A stretch of DNA of 64,000 bases from Mobula birostris (lineage: Eukaryota): the NCBI RefSeq assembly GCF_030028105.1, contig NC_092379.1, positions 26,591,821 through 26,655,820 on the forward strand, written 5' to 3'. The notes under the pieces were generated by a model. That model was not told where the DNA came from, searched no databases, and worked only from the letters and a program-made list of their open reading frames with translations. Numbering within the stretch: the stretch's first letter is position 1; the number at the start of each line of letters is the position of its first letter. This document shows, one piece after another, positions 63,759 to 64,000 of the stretch. A program made the position numbers and the translations under genes.

Positions 63759-64000
63759 ATGTGGGCAATCCGATTTTGGGCACTAATACTTATGCCAACA
63801 CTACCCGGTATGTTCAGTTTATAATATTCGTGCGTTTCCTCTGGGATGTCTTTCCCTAGGAAAATGCTCATAAGTTTCTTATTTTCTTCAAGGCGCGAGT
63901 GGTGAATATTTGGTAATCCAGGATTCGGCAGTAATTGCGGTTCAGGAAGTTGAAAGCGTGCTGCTGAACTGCAGCTGCCCTGCAACAGCTGCCAACACGC
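63759..64000 (+). CDS. TRAV: TCR alpha/delta V segment V6, partial (leader 63759-63807, V exon from 63893, cut by window end)
   Basis: Leader MWAIRFWALILMPTLP-G, intron ending AAG, exon GASGEYLVIQDSAVIAVQEVESVLLNCSCPATAANT; open as far as visible. Confidence 0.85.

Larger units (their letters stand above)
61566..64000. repeat. Tandem unit F (partial; short type with a further ~1.3-kb deletion)
   Basis: Jump at ~62985 removes the SINE-like insert and the hAT core; same hAT/Rex junction at ~63086. Confidence 0.88.

Overview
Vertebrate genomic DNA, by inference from a cartilaginous fish (the repeats look batoid-like). It contains a tandem array of T-cell receptor alpha/delta-type variable (TRAV/TRDV-like) gene segments. 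There are six + strand V genes, five complete and one cut by the window end. Each has a 49-nt leader exon, an 85-nt GT-AG intron, a 307-nt V exon and a 23-bp-spacer RSS with the unusual heptamer CACATTA. They sit in seven related duplication units, here called A, B, C, D1, D2, E and F (about 16.8, 11.0, 14.0, 3.4, 8.2, 8.2 and >2.4 kb); D1 has lost its V gene. The units are mostly co-amplified transposon fossils: a young 5'-truncated CR1 LINE (two units only), a near full-length decayed hAT (Charlie/Buster-like) transposase split by a SINE-like insert, an older CR1, a Rex/Babar-type LINE 3' end abutting the V promoter, and a Penelope-like 3' end with a hammerhead relic. No D, J or C segments were found. 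Most ORFs in the supplied track are fragments of these fossils or chance frames. All alignments and counts were done by eye, and family assignments rest on recalled motifs, not database searches.
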